NCBI GenBank assembly: GCA_964016885.1
Contig: OZ024743.1
Span: forward strand, 340,318,001-340,382,000
DNA: 64,000 bases
Source: Eledone cirrhosa
Lineage: Eukaryota
Direction: 5' to 3'
In this document: positions 25,086 to 43,583 of the stretch, in pieces
Layout of the letters: each line of letters opens with the position of its first letter
How positions within the stretch are numbered: the stretch's first letter is position 1
Made by a program: the position numbers and the translations under genes
The notes under the pieces: generated by a model
The model's database searches: none
What the model was told of the DNA's origin: nothing
What the model saw: the letters and a program-made list of their open reading frames with translations, nothing else

Positions 25086-26990
25086 GACGTTAGTCAGGAA
25101 GGATGAGAACAAGGGGGATGACATAGGCAACTTCCGGCCCATAACTCTGCTCAACACAGAGTTACAGATTTTGGCAAAGAGACTGGCGCTTGTCGTCGAG
25201 AACCTGGTGGGAGAAGCGCAGACATGCGCAATCCCGACCAGGTCCATACACGACAACCTCCACCTTATGCGATACATCATAGAGAGGGTAGGGTGTAAAC
25301 CCGGCTTCGGTGGGGCCCTGATCAACTTGGATCAGTCTAAGGCTTTCGATAGGGTTGACCATCGTTACCTGGATGCGGTGCTCGAGGCGGCAGGCTTCGG
25401 ACCCGTGTTCAGGGGCGGGATTACTGCAATGCACAACAGCAACATCTGCTCAAGGGTCAAGGTGAACGGCTACCTCTCGGAGCCGTTCCATATTACGCGA
25501 TCCATTCGACAGGGATGCCCTCTCTCCTCCCTTCTGTACGTACTGACTCTCGAGCCACTACTGCGGAAGTTAGAGCTATTGCAGGGCATCCCTCTGGAAC
25601 CGGGACTGCGGAAAGCGGCGTCGGCCTACGCCGACGACATGACAATAATGGTGTCGAGCGCCTCGCAAATCGAGGAAGTCGGCACCTTACTGAAGGAATA
25701 CGAAAGTTTTACAGGAGCGAAGCTGAACCGGGACAAGTCCATCGGTTTGCAACTCGGATCGTGGAGAGGCAAACCGATGCCTTCTGATGGCGTCGTCGGA
25801 CGCTGGACGGAAGGACCGGTAAAGCTGCTCGGGGTCTGGTTTGGTCCGGACCTCCAGGTGGAGAAGAACTGGAACGAAGTGACGGACAAGGTGTTTGCAC
25901 TCACCCAGAAGTGGGCTGAGTGCAAACTATCCTTGAAAGGTCGAGCGGAGGTGGCGAACACTTTTATAGCGTCCGCCAACTACTACCGCTTGACTGTCGT
26001 GCCTTGTCCAGCCAAAACGCTCGCCAAAATGGAGCGCGCGCTCTTCCAATTCCTTTGGAAGAAGCGGGCTCCTTTGGTGAGAAGATCCATCTGCTGCCAA
26101 CACCCTTCTAACAGAGGGCTGGAGATGCCGTGGTTGACGATCCGCAAACACGCGCTCAGGCTGCGGCATCTCTACGTATTCCTTACCGGACAACCGAACC
26201 GGTGTGGGCGCCGTTCGTGAGGCGAGCCTTCCCACGACTCGTCTCGCTGACCGAGCTGTAGTCCTGGGTCAAGCAAAGACCGAGGAAAATGGGCGACTGG
26301 CAGATCGAATGTGCTCAGGCGCTCACAGCCCTCTGGCAGGCGGACCCGGCGATCAGTGGAGACTGCACTTCGTCATTCTATAGAGGGTTGATCCGCAGCA
26401 AGTGCGACGACGCGCTCGTTGAAACTCTAGGTGTAGAGGAAGATGAACTGGCCAGTCTCTTCGGTAGGACCTTCCGCCCGGGACCGATGGACAACTTCCA
26501 AAAGTCTCTGGCCTGGCAGTGCTACCGAGGAGCTCTACCAGTTCGAGACAAGCTCTACAGACATGGGCGCCAGGGCAGGGAGCCTGCAAAAAAGATCTGT
26601 CAGTGGTGCGTGCGTAACGAAGAAACCGTCGCACACGCATTCATACACTGCCCGGGCGTCACTGACCTGTGGGGCTATGTAGAACGACTATTGTCGCGGG
26701 TGGGACCAATCCGGTTGACCACCGAGTCCATTGTCATGATCAAACCGCGACCCTCCTTCAAAAACGAAGGAGATGCGGTTTTCCTTTGTGTGATATCTAT
26801 GGCGAAAGAGGTTGTATGGTGGACAAGGTTGAAAGGGCTGAGGTCAGACACCTTTCTCTCCGGCCAACAACTGATTCTTTTTTTCAAATACCACTTTGGA
26901 AGAAGAATCAGGATGGAGAGAGAGGTGCTGTAACCCAGCAAGTTTTATGAAAGGTGGGTGAAAGTGGCGAGAATGGCCCGAGTGAATGGT
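25086..26990 (+). pseudogene. Tx1 ORF2 RT and zinc-finger remnant
   Basis: DQSKAFD, RQGCPLS and YADD. Frameshift near 26198, stops at 26258 and 26931. Confidence 0.9.
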
Positions 26991-27633
26991 TGAGGAAAAG
27001 GAGGAGGAGAGGAAAGGAGTACACACTCTTCGTACTCCTGGAGATGAGGGTTGCACATTTTTTCGGGGGTATGTGTTACCCATATGAACTGTCTCCCCCT
27101 ATTGGGGAAAATCGACTAATTTTTTAAATTGCATTTGTGATAACATTTTACACATTTTTATTGTATGTAAACTTTCCCCTTTGTATTTGTCCCCTTCTTT
27201 TGTGCCCCTGTGGCTAATAAAGAAACATATCTATCTATCTATCTATCTATCTATCCATCTTATAAATTCCTATCAATACAGGTTAACAGATGCTGCGAGA
27301 AAGGTTTATGTTAAAATATTTAGACATGTCTTAATTATATATTTCTCAGTAGAATGGAAAAGGTAAACAGTTTGATTCGAAACCGGAGCTCTAGTTCTGC
27401 CATATCTGATGGGCCTTTGTGGATTGTGAAATGTGTTGACAGTATCTAAGAAGTTCTCAATAAAGATAAAAAATCAAGTCATGCTGCTCATCTTTTTCAA
27501 TCCGACACATTAAACGAAGCATGCTTACATTCTTACGTATGAAAAATGTGTGTTTTCCACCTTCGATAATTTCTTTCTAGAAACGATCTAACATATACAT
27601 TTCAAACACGTTTTCTAGTTACAAGTTCCTATA

Positions 27634-27746
<113 letters not shown>

Positions 27747-27770
27747 GTAATAAACAACATAAGATAATTA

Positions 27771-27830
27771 TTTCATTTACCATTTGTTTCTTGAAAGCAA
27801 ACAAATCTGCTTTCAGTCATCAGAATGAAA
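27771..27830 (-). ncRNA. Type I hammerhead ribozyme
   Basis: Stem I UUUCAUU/AAUGAAA, CUGAUGA, 10-bp stem II, GAAAC-AAAUG-GUA. Same family as 38786-38845. Confidence 0.75.
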
Positions 27831-28043
27831 AATTGTGGTAATTTTATTGAACGTGGATTTGAAAACAAAAATATAAGGAATATGAAAGAGAGGCTGAGGG
27901 AAGAAGAGAAAAAGATAATAAATATATAAGTATATAAACACACACGCACACACACACATATATATTTATATGTATATATACACATAAATATACATACACA
28001 TAAATACACAAACACACACATATATATATATACATATATATAT

Positions 28044-28117
<74 letters not shown>

Positions 28118-28119
<2 letters not shown>

Positions 28120-28362
28120 AAGGCGGGTAAAATTCCGGAGATCCATGGACGAGTTCTCTCCAGCGGTCTCTGTCTCTCATTATCGCTGCCATGTCCTGCG
28201 TCTCCAACAGACCAGTGTCTGTACTTAGGGCACCAACGTACGTTAACCTTGGTCTTCCTCTTCTAGTGTGTCCATGTAGGGGCTCCCACAGGAGCACTGA
28301 GTGCAATGTCAACTCTGGATGTCGGTAAGCATGTCCAGCTAACCTCAGTCTCCTCTGTGTCA
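28118..28362 (-). mobile_element. RTE-clade LINE 3' fragment
   Basis: RRLRLAGHAYRHPE..LLWEPLHGHTRRGRPRLTY...DR..W, the typical RTE C-terminus. Confidence 0.8.
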
Positions 28363-28474
28363 GCTACTATGTAGTTTGTGTCTTTCCTATCTTCGGTTAG
28401 CTTTCCTCTGTGTTGTTTACTTGTCTCACTCGCTTTACGCGTTTTAATTGTCCTAATAACTTATTTTAGTTATT

Positions 28475-28545
28475 ATTGCGCCAACGTGAGGTATATGATT
28501 TTTAATGCAATGAAATACCTATGACCGTTGGTAAATCACTGATGA
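28475..28545 (+). ncRNA. Non-circularly permuted hammerhead ribozyme candidate
   Basis: AUUGC/GCAAU (stem II), AGGUAU/AUACCU (III), UGAUUU/AAAUCA (I), an extra CCAACG/CGUUGG helix, GAA at 28512 and CUGAUGA at 28539. Confidence 0.72.
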
Positions 28546-29005
28546 GGGACTCATTTTATAACATGTTATCCATGTGCAACCATGCAGTATTCTTCTCCCC
28601 ATTTTTTCACATATATTTACCTAAACTGTGATTCTGTTTTTCTCTCTCTCTCTCTCACTGCTCCCTCGTTCTCTCTGTTTCTCTTACTTTCTTTCGTCCC
28701 CTCTGTCATGTCAGTTAACACTTTCTCTCTACTGACCTCTTCCTCACACTTCCACTCACTCACTCACTGTTTCTCCCCTTCTCACTTCCCCCCGTTCGCG
28801 ATGTTAACGATTTTCCTTCTTTCTTACATTGGATCCATCTCGAAAGGTCTATTTTCTACTCGCTCATATATTCACCCAGCTTATACTGATAGAATAACTA
28901 TGTAGTTTGTGTCTTTCCTATCTTCGGTTAGCTTTCCTCTGTGTTGTTTACTTGTCTCACTCGCTTTACGCGTTTTAATTGTCCTAATAACTTATTTTAG
29001 TTATT

Positions 29006-29076
29006 ATTGCGCCAACGTGTGGTATATGATTTTTAATGCAATGAAATACCTATGACCGTTGGTAAATCACTGATGA
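29006..29076 (+). ncRNA. Non-circularly permuted hammerhead candidate, second tandem copy
   Basis: One substitution relative to 28475-28545. Confidence 0.72.
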
Positions 29077-29571
29077 GGGACTCATTTTATAACATGTTAT
29101 CCATGTGCAACCATGCAGTATTCTTCTCCCCATTTTTTCATATATATATATATACATAAAATTATATGAATAAATATATAAAAATAAATAAACGACCATG
29201 TGCAGTCACATCACCATACAAAGACAAAATACATATACAAGAAATCAATAAATAAAAGTAAAAAAAAAGTCAAATAAAAATTAATTAATTTAAAAAAAAA
29301 ACAAAAAAAAAACTGGATTGACATTCCTACGTTGAACTCTTCTTTACTCATTACGCTTTACATCCACTACGATTATTTTTACTCTCTGAACTCACATTCT
29401 GTACCGATATATTCTTTTTCTCCCTTATCTCCTCTTATATTTATATATATATTTCTTTCCTATGTTATTTATTTTTCCTATTCTCCCTACTTTCTACCTT
29501 ACCCTTTACACACCCACCTTTTTTATATATAGATCTTTAATTTTGTGTGTATGTATCTATGTGTTTGTATG

Positions 29572-29642
<71 letters not shown>

Positions 29643-29650
<8 letters not shown>

Positions 29651-30069
29651 ATACTTGGGGAGGGTCATATTTGTGTAATATTGCCAGAATTAATAACAGA
29701 AAAACAGATAAACAGACTAAATAAAGATGGCGTAGACATACAATGTAACGGGAGGAAACAATAGCACCTCTGACGATGTTGCAGATGTGCAACGAAAGAA
29801 CTTTGATAAACTATATATATGTGTTTGTGTCTATATTGTATCTGTATTATTTTTGACCGTTGGTCAGTCAATGGCAACATTGAGGACCGAATAAATTAGA
29901 TTACCGTTATAAAAGACACAGAAGCGAAAAGCGAAAACCAACCAAACAGTGAGTGTGTTCTGTTATTAATTCTGGCAATATTACACAAATATGACCCTCC
30001 CCAAGTATAGCAATATTTGTTTCGACACACCATTTCATATCAAAAACCTCGCAAAATAATTCATCGCCG

Positions 30070-30070
<1 letters not shown>
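29643..30070. mobile_element. Foldback element with a decayed + strand hammerhead at ~29765-29808
   Basis: 29643-29701 is inverted at 29958-30017. CUGACGA-U-GUUGCA/UGCAAC-GAAAGAACUU. Relatives at 53418-53910 (HHR at 53651-53704) and 42860-42990. Confidence 0.7.
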
Positions 30071-30112
<42 letters not shown>

Positions 30113-30118
<6 letters not shown>

Positions 30119-30460
30119 GACAGGGGGGAAGAAAAAAATGGCTTCACTTGTGCTTTCAACAAATTTATTTTCTTCACAAAATCCCAAAAGAATTTTTTTC
30201 CGGATTATAAAAAAAATTTTTTTTTTTTTTCCTTAAAAAAAATTATTTTATAAATTAAGTTGTTGGTTGTTGGTTAAATCTTAGGAGTTCTTGGTTAACC
30301 AAGAACTCCTAAGACCTAACCAACAACCAACTACTTAATTTATAAAATAATAAAAAAAATTTTTCTAATCCGGAAAAAAATTCTTTTTGGATTTTGTGAA
30401 GAAAATAAATTTGTTGAAAGCACAAGTGAAGCCATTTTTTCTTCCCCCCTGTCTTAATAT
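30113..30460. repeat. Large palindrome/foldback centred on GGTTAACC (30296/30297)
   Basis: Arms of ~165-185 bp, imperfect, around a perfect central palindrome. Confidence 0.9.
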
Positions 30461-30490
30461 ACCTAACTGTACCAAGGATTACACACATTT

Positions 30491-33659
<3,169 letters not shown>

Positions 33660-33759
33660 GTATATATATGCGCTTTTGTGAGTGTGTAATTATTGTGCGT
33701 GAATATGCACATTTTTGTTTATATGCTTGTATGTATGCATATATATATATATATATATA

Positions 33760-33890
33760 TTTATTGAAATAATAGATTAAAGTTTAAGCAAAAAATCGCT
33801 GCTTTCACCTTTAACGGGATCTTCATAAGATCCCGTTAAGGGTGAAAGCAGCGATTCTTTGCTTAAACTTTAATCTGTTATTTTAATAAA
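33760..33890. repeat. Foldback hairpin with ~64-bp arms
   Basis: Centre GGGATCTT-CAT-AAGATCCC. The right arm carries an HHR-like 3' half (stem II followed by GAAAGCA..UGCUU). Confidence 0.88.
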
Positions 33891-33978
33891 TATTTGCTCT
33901 ACGGTTCTTATATATCTCATATATATTTATCCCTATCGAGCCCGCTTTGGATTTAGTCTTCAAATTTATTATTATTAC

Positions 33979-34143
<165 letters not shown>

Positions 34144-34575
34144 GTCTGTGTGTGTGTATTTTTTTATTTTGTGGTGATGTAAATTTATGTATGTGTGTGT
34201 GTATATATGTGTACAATATGCACCTTTTTTTTCCTTTTTCTTTTTTCTTTTCACTTCTTAAACCTTGTTTGTATATAACATTATTCTTTCTGCACTTTCT
34301 GTTTAACATATGCGACACCACACTAATACATTTCACTATCATTTGATAATGCATATAAATGCAGAAACCGGTAATAGACAATAATTAAATATATAAATAG
34401 ATAAATGAATGCCATTGTTAAATAATAAATAAATCAACTAATACCTTAGCACTTCACACAAAGTAAAACATTTCGTTTTAATCATTTTCTAACCCAGAAA
34501 AAAGAGAGAGAGAGACACAAAAAAAGGAAAAAAAAAAAAGATTTTTCTTCCTCATAATCGTCTCTTTCTCCCTGT

Positions 34576-34674
<99 letters not shown>

Positions 34675-34892
34675 AAATTCTTAAGAATCAAAGCTATGTT
34701 CAAAGCATTTATTCAATTACAATTGTTTCATCCAAACCTAGGCTTGAGGTCTTCGGAGCATTTTTCAATGTTTGTACACATAATTGACCTCCTTTCCAAC
34801 GCAAGAGACATACAGATACATATATATATATATTGATGTACAGTGGAGTGACATATATTATACTATATTATTTCTGTATAGCAATTCAAATT

Positions 34893-34997
34893 CCAAATTA
34901 AAATTAAAATTAAAATTAAAATTAAAATTAAAATTAAAATTAAAATTAAAATTAAAATTAAAATTAAAATTAAAACAAAATTAAAACAAAATTAAAA
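34893..34997. repeat. (AAATTA)n hexamer microsatellite
   Basis: Direct reading. Confidence 0.95.
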
Positions 34998-35598
34998 TAC
35001 ATTCGGCAGTTAACACAGATAATGCAAGAGGATAGTTTGTTAGCCAAATGTAGTAGTTAGTGTATGCGTTAGTTATACGTGGGGCATGCAATTGTATCTC
35101 ATTTATATATGATTATTGTGTGGCAGGGTGTTACATGTAATACAAGCACTTTAAGCGGGTAAGTAAGAGTATTATGGTGGCTGTAGTGGTAAGGTATTTT
35201 TTTGTATATAATAAAAAAGTATGTGTGCAGAAAAATAAAAATAAAAAGGAGAAGCAAAAGAAAGTTATGGTTTTCGTATCCACCATCATTTTAACATCCA
35301 GGAAAAGTAAGGATAGTTTTTACATCCATCACATAAGTAACGATGATACCTAGGTTTGGATGAAACAATTGTAAGTAAATAAATGCTTTGAACATAGCTT
35401 TGATTCTTGTGAATTCTATATAACTGCTCTGTAGAACAACTGATGTTATTACATTGAGCTATTTATCTTACTGGTAATATATATCGTACTGGTAATAAGG
35501 TAGTAATAAATTACTGACCTTCACTGTTTAGGGTTTAAAATATACATAACTATAAAAGGTTTTAGTATATACGTAAGCATAAATAGTATCCTTACTAT

Positions 35599-36679
<1,081 letters not shown>

Positions 36680-36829
36680 ATATAATTATATACAAAGATA
36701 TTAAACATTTAATATCATATTTACTCCAGGAAGCTGTTGAGTGCTCTACTTCAGTTATAAACATTTATATTTTTATTTATATTTTTATTTATATTTGTCG
36801 TATTTCCAATCCTTTGAATACCCCTTCCA

Positions 36830-36889
<60 letters not shown>

Positions 36890-37080
36890 CGTGTGCGTGC
36901 GTATGTATGTGTATATATGCGTATGTGTGTATGTATGTATATTTTTTATATAGAAGTATTTATTTATATATTTTTTGATATATGTGTATACACCTACATT
37001 TGAATATATGTTCCTATATGTGTGGTTGAGAGTATATGCGCGCGTACGAGTGTGTATGCATGTCAGTGTGTACATGTGTG

Positions 37081-37171
<91 letters not shown>

Positions 37172-37234
37172 GTCCCAGGGATCTGATACCATCAACACCA
37201 TAAACACAGAGCTGGCATATCTAAGAACTGACTA

Positions 37235-37290
37235 ACTGCCTGATGAGGTCATAGTCATTCAATGGCTATCATCTAAATATATATAGCAGT
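37235..37290 (+). ncRNA. Decayed type I hammerhead (AUAUAU stem III family)
   Basis: ACUGC/GCAGU, CUGAUGA and a long stem II, with GAAA changed to UAAA. Relatives at 52541-52600(-) and 52739-52797(+). Confidence 0.65.
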
Positions 37291-37331
37291 AAATAAAGTA
37301 TTATGAGTTCATGCAATTGACTTATGTTTCG

Positions 37332-37392
<61 letters not shown>

Positions 37393-37554
37393 ATATGAAT
37401 TTCTATGAATGTGTATGTATATGTGCGTGTATTTGTTTATGTATGTGTGTGTATATATTTCTATGTATGTGTATGTATATGTGTATGTATATGTGTTTAT
37501 GTATGTGTGTGTATATATGTATTTATATGTGTGTGTGTATATATGCGTATATAT

Positions 37555-38247
37555 ATCATTTCATATAAGTAGGCCGAATTTATTTGCAAACCGCCAGAGA
37601 TTCGATTTTACTGATTTCCAATTATATTAATCTCCTAGATTTAATAATTAACTAATTAATTTAATTAGACAATTCTGTTGATTGGTTAATTATTTGTGTT
37701 TGTTTTATAACATCTAGTCGAGAGCTTATCATGATGATTAGCGGAAATTAAAATATTTCCTTTCGCTAGTATTTTGAATGACCCGCCTAAAACCGGGGGT
37801 TATTTCCCTTGCCGGAATTAACACGTGATAACTATAGATACGATTAGCAGCCATCCGAGCCTCAACATATAATTTATCACTCCGGTTCTAAGCAGAACGA
37901 AAACCTGTTGATAAACTGAATCCTCTGTTCGATCACCATTATCATGAGCTTGCCATTCACGTAAGTCTGATATTTGATTTCGGATTCAAAGAAACACTTT
38001 AAACGATTGTTCGTTTGATTTGTCCAGGTGTACTTTTCTCAACCTGAATAGTTCTATCGTTGCTTTGGTATGTATTGTGTGTTAGTTTCGCCTACCACAA
38101 TGTTCGATTTGTCAAGCTATTTAAACGTATGTTATTACTCTGAGGTCCTATCTTATCGAGTGCTTTGTTAACTCATCATTTCATATAAGTAGGCCGAATT
38201 TACTTGCAAATCGCCAGAGATTCGATTTTACTGATTTTCAATTATAT
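37555..38247 (+). mobile_element. 620-bp partial tandem (~1.1 units), retrozyme-like
   Basis: 37555-37627 is repeated at 38175-38247. One internal HHR. Confidence 0.78.
37903..38029 (+). ncRNA. Type I hammerhead, U3-A8 core, long stem II and stem III inserts
   Basis: ACCUG/CAGGU, UUGAUAA, UGAAUCC/GGAUUCA, GAAACA..UGUC. Cut after C38024. Confidence 0.7.
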
Positions 38248-38611
38248 ATATATATATATATTTATTTTGTGCTTTTGCTTACCACGTGTGTTTGTTTATT
38301 TATTTTTATTTGAGTTTATTTCCTCTTTCGTATCACTGTCAACTTGCTAATTTTTTCTTTATTTTTTTTTCTTTCTTTCTTTTTTTTATTTTTTAAATTT
38401 GACTTTATTTTTTACTTTTATTTATTGATTTCTTGTATATGTATTTTGTATTTGTATGGTGATGTGATTGCACATGTTCGTTTATTTATTTTTATATATT
38501 TATTTATATAATTTTATATATACATATATATATGTATATATATGTATGTATATATATGTGTGTTTTTGTGTATTTATGTGTATGTATATTTATGTGTATA
38601 TATATATATAA

Positions 38612-38677
<66 letters not shown>

Positions 38678-38785
38678 TTATATACTTATATATTTATTAT
38701 CTCTTGCTCTTCTTCCTTCAGCCTCTCTTTCATATTCCTTATATTTTTGTTTTCAAATCCACATTCAATAAAACCAACAGGATTT

Positions 38786-38845
38786 TTTCATTCTGATGAC
38801 TGAAAGCAGATTTGTTTGCTTTCAAGAAACCACTGGTAAATGAAA
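38786..38845 (+). ncRNA. Type I hammerhead ribozyme
   Basis: UUUCAUU/AAUGAAA, CUGAUGA, UGAAAGCAGA/UUUGCUUUCA, GAAACC-ACU-GGUA. Confidence 0.85.
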
Positions 38846-39527
38846 TAATTATCTTATGTTGTTTATTACATAACTATTAAGCTCTGCAACCTACATAGAG
38901 CACTCTTTTTTCCTGGACCTTTCCGATGGAATTACTTCATTCACACACACACATATATATATATATAGTCATTATAGTCATCCACTTCACACAACCAGTA
39001 AATATCTATTAACCGCCAAGCCAAAATACGCCAATACGCACACCAACACATTCCAAGACACACACACGCACATCATCTGAAATTCCAACAAAGAGATTTT
39101 CCAGTCCGCCACATCTTTTAATCCAACTAGCCACTACAAATAGATTTCTTAAACCCAACACTTTTAACATAACTAGCCATTGTTGATCCTCATTAGAAAT
39201 TAAGAAAAACCTTTTACCAAACCTAAAACTGATTTTCCCAAAATATCAATTTCTATTTTTATACATTAATTCTTCCCCTCTTTTATATAACCACCCATCT
39301 AAGCACACATATTATTGAAGTTAAAAATATATATATACACAAGAATACCCCCCCCCCCCCACACGCACTTATTTAGTCCAGAATAGCATATAGATTTTCT
39401 GACCTTCCCACCATTACTCTGATCTACAGACGGACATATGTATGATTCCACCACCTGACGCAACCATATGAAGCGACCAAGCTGAAACTTTGTAGTCTGC
39501 AACTTTTCTACTTAGAAAAGTGAAATA

Positions 39528-39671
<144 letters not shown>

Positions 39672-40008
39672 TTACAGCACTGCTTAAAATTATTTTTTTC
39701 CAAACACTATATTTGTCAACAATGCCATTTATTATTCACAAAGATAGTAATATTTTATTTAAAATTGCCATATATATGTACATTTATTTGCTAATATAGA
39801 ATTTATATAATGACAATTACAATGAAACTTTAACCGTATACTTAAAAGGTCATAAAAATTATTTCCGCATAGATGCTACGATTATATTCAAAGGCGTTAA
39901 TGTTACGTACATGATCGGGTTATTGGTTACTTGTCTAGACATAATAGGCACCAAAATGTTAAACGGTAACACCAATGAAATATTCAACGAGTCGACGCAG
40001 GATAATAT

Positions 40009-40062
<54 letters not shown>

Positions 40063-40185
40063 CTACCAACTCATAATTTTATAATATTATAAAATAAAAT
40101 AAACATTTTTTTAACACAAGTGAAGTCATTCTTTTCCCTTTTTTCAAATATATCTAACTGTACCAAGGATCTCACACATTTTCCA

Positions 40186-40230
<45 letters not shown>

Positions 40231-40279
40231 TTAGATCGACAAGAGCCAAGACCTCATTCGTCTAACGAGTGGAGCTCGT

Positions 40280-40617
<338 letters not shown>

Positions 40618-41900
40618 AACACACACACGCCCATACCACCCACACATACATACCCACCCACACATACATACCCACCCACACACACGCACACACACACACA
40701 CACGCAGATATATGTATGAAAAAGATATAGTATTTTAAAAAACAATATAAACAATTAGAAACATGGGTGGAGAAGTTAAAACAGCTAAAAATACAGTAAT
40801 TTATTATAATAAAAAGTCTGTTTCATACTTATTTGAAAGATTTTTTCAACCAAGCCTGTGTAGAAACACATAATAATTATGCATGAAGCAAATTATTCAT
40901 TAAAGTAATTACCAAATACGTCTTTAAATTAAATATTGATTTACGAACATTTCGTCTCCCTATTGGTACTTTTCAAAATCAGTTATTTATAAGTAAAAGT
41001 CTCATTATAAGTCTCACCAAACCGCCCAACAGCCGGCAGTCAGAGGATATGTTTACATTGAAACTTTAAAACGACACCATAATGTTATGGATAGAGATGC
41101 ATGGAAAATAGATGTTATCTAACTACAGAGGTATAACGTCAAACCACTCGAGCATATTACTATAAAAACTTTTTTTGCAAAATACATAGCTGATAAATAG
41201 AAAAAGAGAAATATAATATTGATAAAAACTATTATAAAAGATAAAAAGGAAAAGATAAACACATATACGCATACTTAGACACACACATATATATACGTAT
41301 AAATAAATATATATATATATATATGAGAGACGTAAAATAAGAAAATTATAAAATTAACTTACTTACTAAAAAATCACTTCCAACTAATTAGTTTCTGGAA
41401 TGGAGTAAATATATTTTCCGAAGAAACATATAGAAAATCATTCCGTCATCAGGAAAGTCTTTTTCCGTATAGGTCTCCAGGCATAGCGAGGACACTGGAA
41501 ACTTATTAAAAAAATAATTCAGTGGAATGGAAATAGCAAAGCGTGGACTGGATTCCAAGCCATTGAGAAAATCACTGCCTCTTCGTCTGTGGCAAATTCA
41601 AAAAGAATCAATCACGTGACATCGAGGTCAATCAGTGGAAAGCGAGTGGTTATTAAGACAGCGGCCAGCTTACTACCATAGTAGCAGTCATGGCCAAATA
41701 TTGCTCGACAAATGAATTGGAGATAATTATAAGGAATTTATATCTAGTAACATTTATATACACACAGATGCATATCAATGCTAGCAAATATATAGGTTTT
41801 GTCTTATTAACAATGTGGTTCAATGCATGGGGTTGCAGAACAATAATATGAGAGACGTAAAATAAGAAAATTGATATGCTTGGGGAGGGTCATATATATA

Positions 41901-42300
41901 TATATATTGGTAAACGGAATAGAAAATGCTGACAAATTGTTCACAGTTGAAAATGGTTTAATTAGGAATAAAAGAGTATTAGTGATTGTATGGGTTAGTA
42001 TTCAGTTGTGGTTTTAAGTTTTTAAGTTTTTAAAGGTTGCGCATTTCTAAATGCTTTTCAAAATAATTTTGAGATAGAGTGTCCGTGCTGTTTGCTCAGA
42101 TCAGAGCAAACAGCACGGACACTCTATCTCAAAATTATTTTGAAAAGCATTTAGAAATGCGCAACCGGTAAAAACTTAAAAACTTAAAACCACAACTGAA
42201 TACTAACCCATACAATCACTAATACTCTTTTATTCCTAATTAAACCATTTTCAACTGTGAACAATTTGTCAGCATTTTCTATTCCGTTTACCAATATATA
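41901..42300. repeat. Near-perfect 400-bp foldback with ~197-bp arms
   Basis: Centre GCTC-AGATCA-GAGC at 42100. The arms carry a decayed UUGAAAA-GCAUU/AAUGC-GCAACCGGUA HHR-like motif. Confidence 0.93.
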
Positions 42301-42329
42301 ATAACTTGTGTGTTACACCTCTATTCTTT

Positions 42330-42421
<92 letters not shown>

Positions 42422-42816
42422 CGCACATACAATTTTCTTAACCGCAAACCCATGTAAATGACTGCTAATATCTTTTAAAAAATGTCACAATGAAAAATAT
42501 AATAGTAAACGCACCATGTATTATAAAACATTGTCAGAGATAGAATATCCTGGAATATAAGTAACTCAATCAAAGATTTAATAGCAACAATCAAATATGA
42601 AGAAAGTGTATTCTAATATATAATCATTACCATTGCGAGTTATATTATTTAGCTATAAACATTGAAAAGTATGATAACATATGTGGTCTATTATTTGAAA
42701 GCGGATATTTCTATCGTAAACTAATGACTAGCCAGAAGTGTTGTTTGTTTCCAGCAGGAAAACAGAAGTACGCATACTTTATAAACAGAATATATATATA
42801 TATATAAATATATATT

Positions 42817-42864
<48 letters not shown>

Positions 42865-43007
42865 TTTTGCGAGGTTTTTGATATGAAATCGTGTGTCGAA
42901 ACAAATATTGATATGCTTGGGGAGGGTCATATTTGTGTAATATTGCCAGAATTAATAACAGAACACACTCACTGTTTGGTTGGTTTTCGCTTTATATATA
43001 TATATAT

Positions 43008-43583
43008 ATGCATATTAACGGCTGAGCAGCCTAATTTGCATATCGAGTGAGTTAATCGGCCGGGCACACCGAAAACGATAAACGGAAAAAATGAAACGAA
43101 ATCTCATTTCTCACTCTTAGTACGGCTGTTACTTAAATATAAGTATGTATACGTACATACATATATGTATACAGACGTACAGTAGTATGTATATATATAT
43201 ACATACATGCACACATATATATATGTACGTATGGATTCACCGAACATTTATTATAATGCTCGGTGTGTTTGTAAACAAACATCCCGAATTAAGCCGTACA
43301 GTGTCTAGCAACCATCGTTGCTCATTTGTTCAACACTGACAAAGGAACGCTGTACTAGTTTCAAGCTTATTAGCTATCGTCAGCAACGTATACCTTCCTG
43401 CCAGATGATTTAACGCCTGAAAGTATATTCTTTCCTTATGCATATTAACGGCTGAGCACCCTAATTTGCATATCGAGTGAGTTAATCGGCCGGGCGCACC
43501 GAAAACGATAAACGGAAAAACTGAAACGAAATTTCATTTCTCCCTCTTAGTACGGCTGTTACTTAAATATAAGTATGTATACG

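Larger units (their letters stand above)
23061..27227 (+). mobile_element. Tx1/L1-clade LINE, family B copy 2 (5' UTR, ORF1, EN deleted, decayed RT)
   Basis: Lies between two (TATC)n tracts (23044-23060 and 27228-27255). The ORF1 end is fused at ~25085 directly to the RT region. Confidence 0.9.
28366..29140 (+). mobile_element. 531-bp partial tandem (~1.46 units), non-coding, ribozyme-bearing (retrozyme-like)
   Basis: 28366-28609 is repeated at 28897-29140. Diverged relative at ~52880-53400. Confidence 0.85.

Noticed and set aside
28521-28545. C/D-box snoRNA (ATGA...CTGA motifs)
   Set aside because: There is no RUGAUGA...CUGA terminal arrangement. The CUGAUGA is better explained by the four covarying hammerhead helices.
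41901-42300. Foldbacks as pure sequencing or assembly chimeras
   Set aside because: The arms differ by substitutions (strongly so at 52492-52840), are asymmetric and follow a strand rule. An artefact cannot be fully excluded for the most perfect ones without reads.
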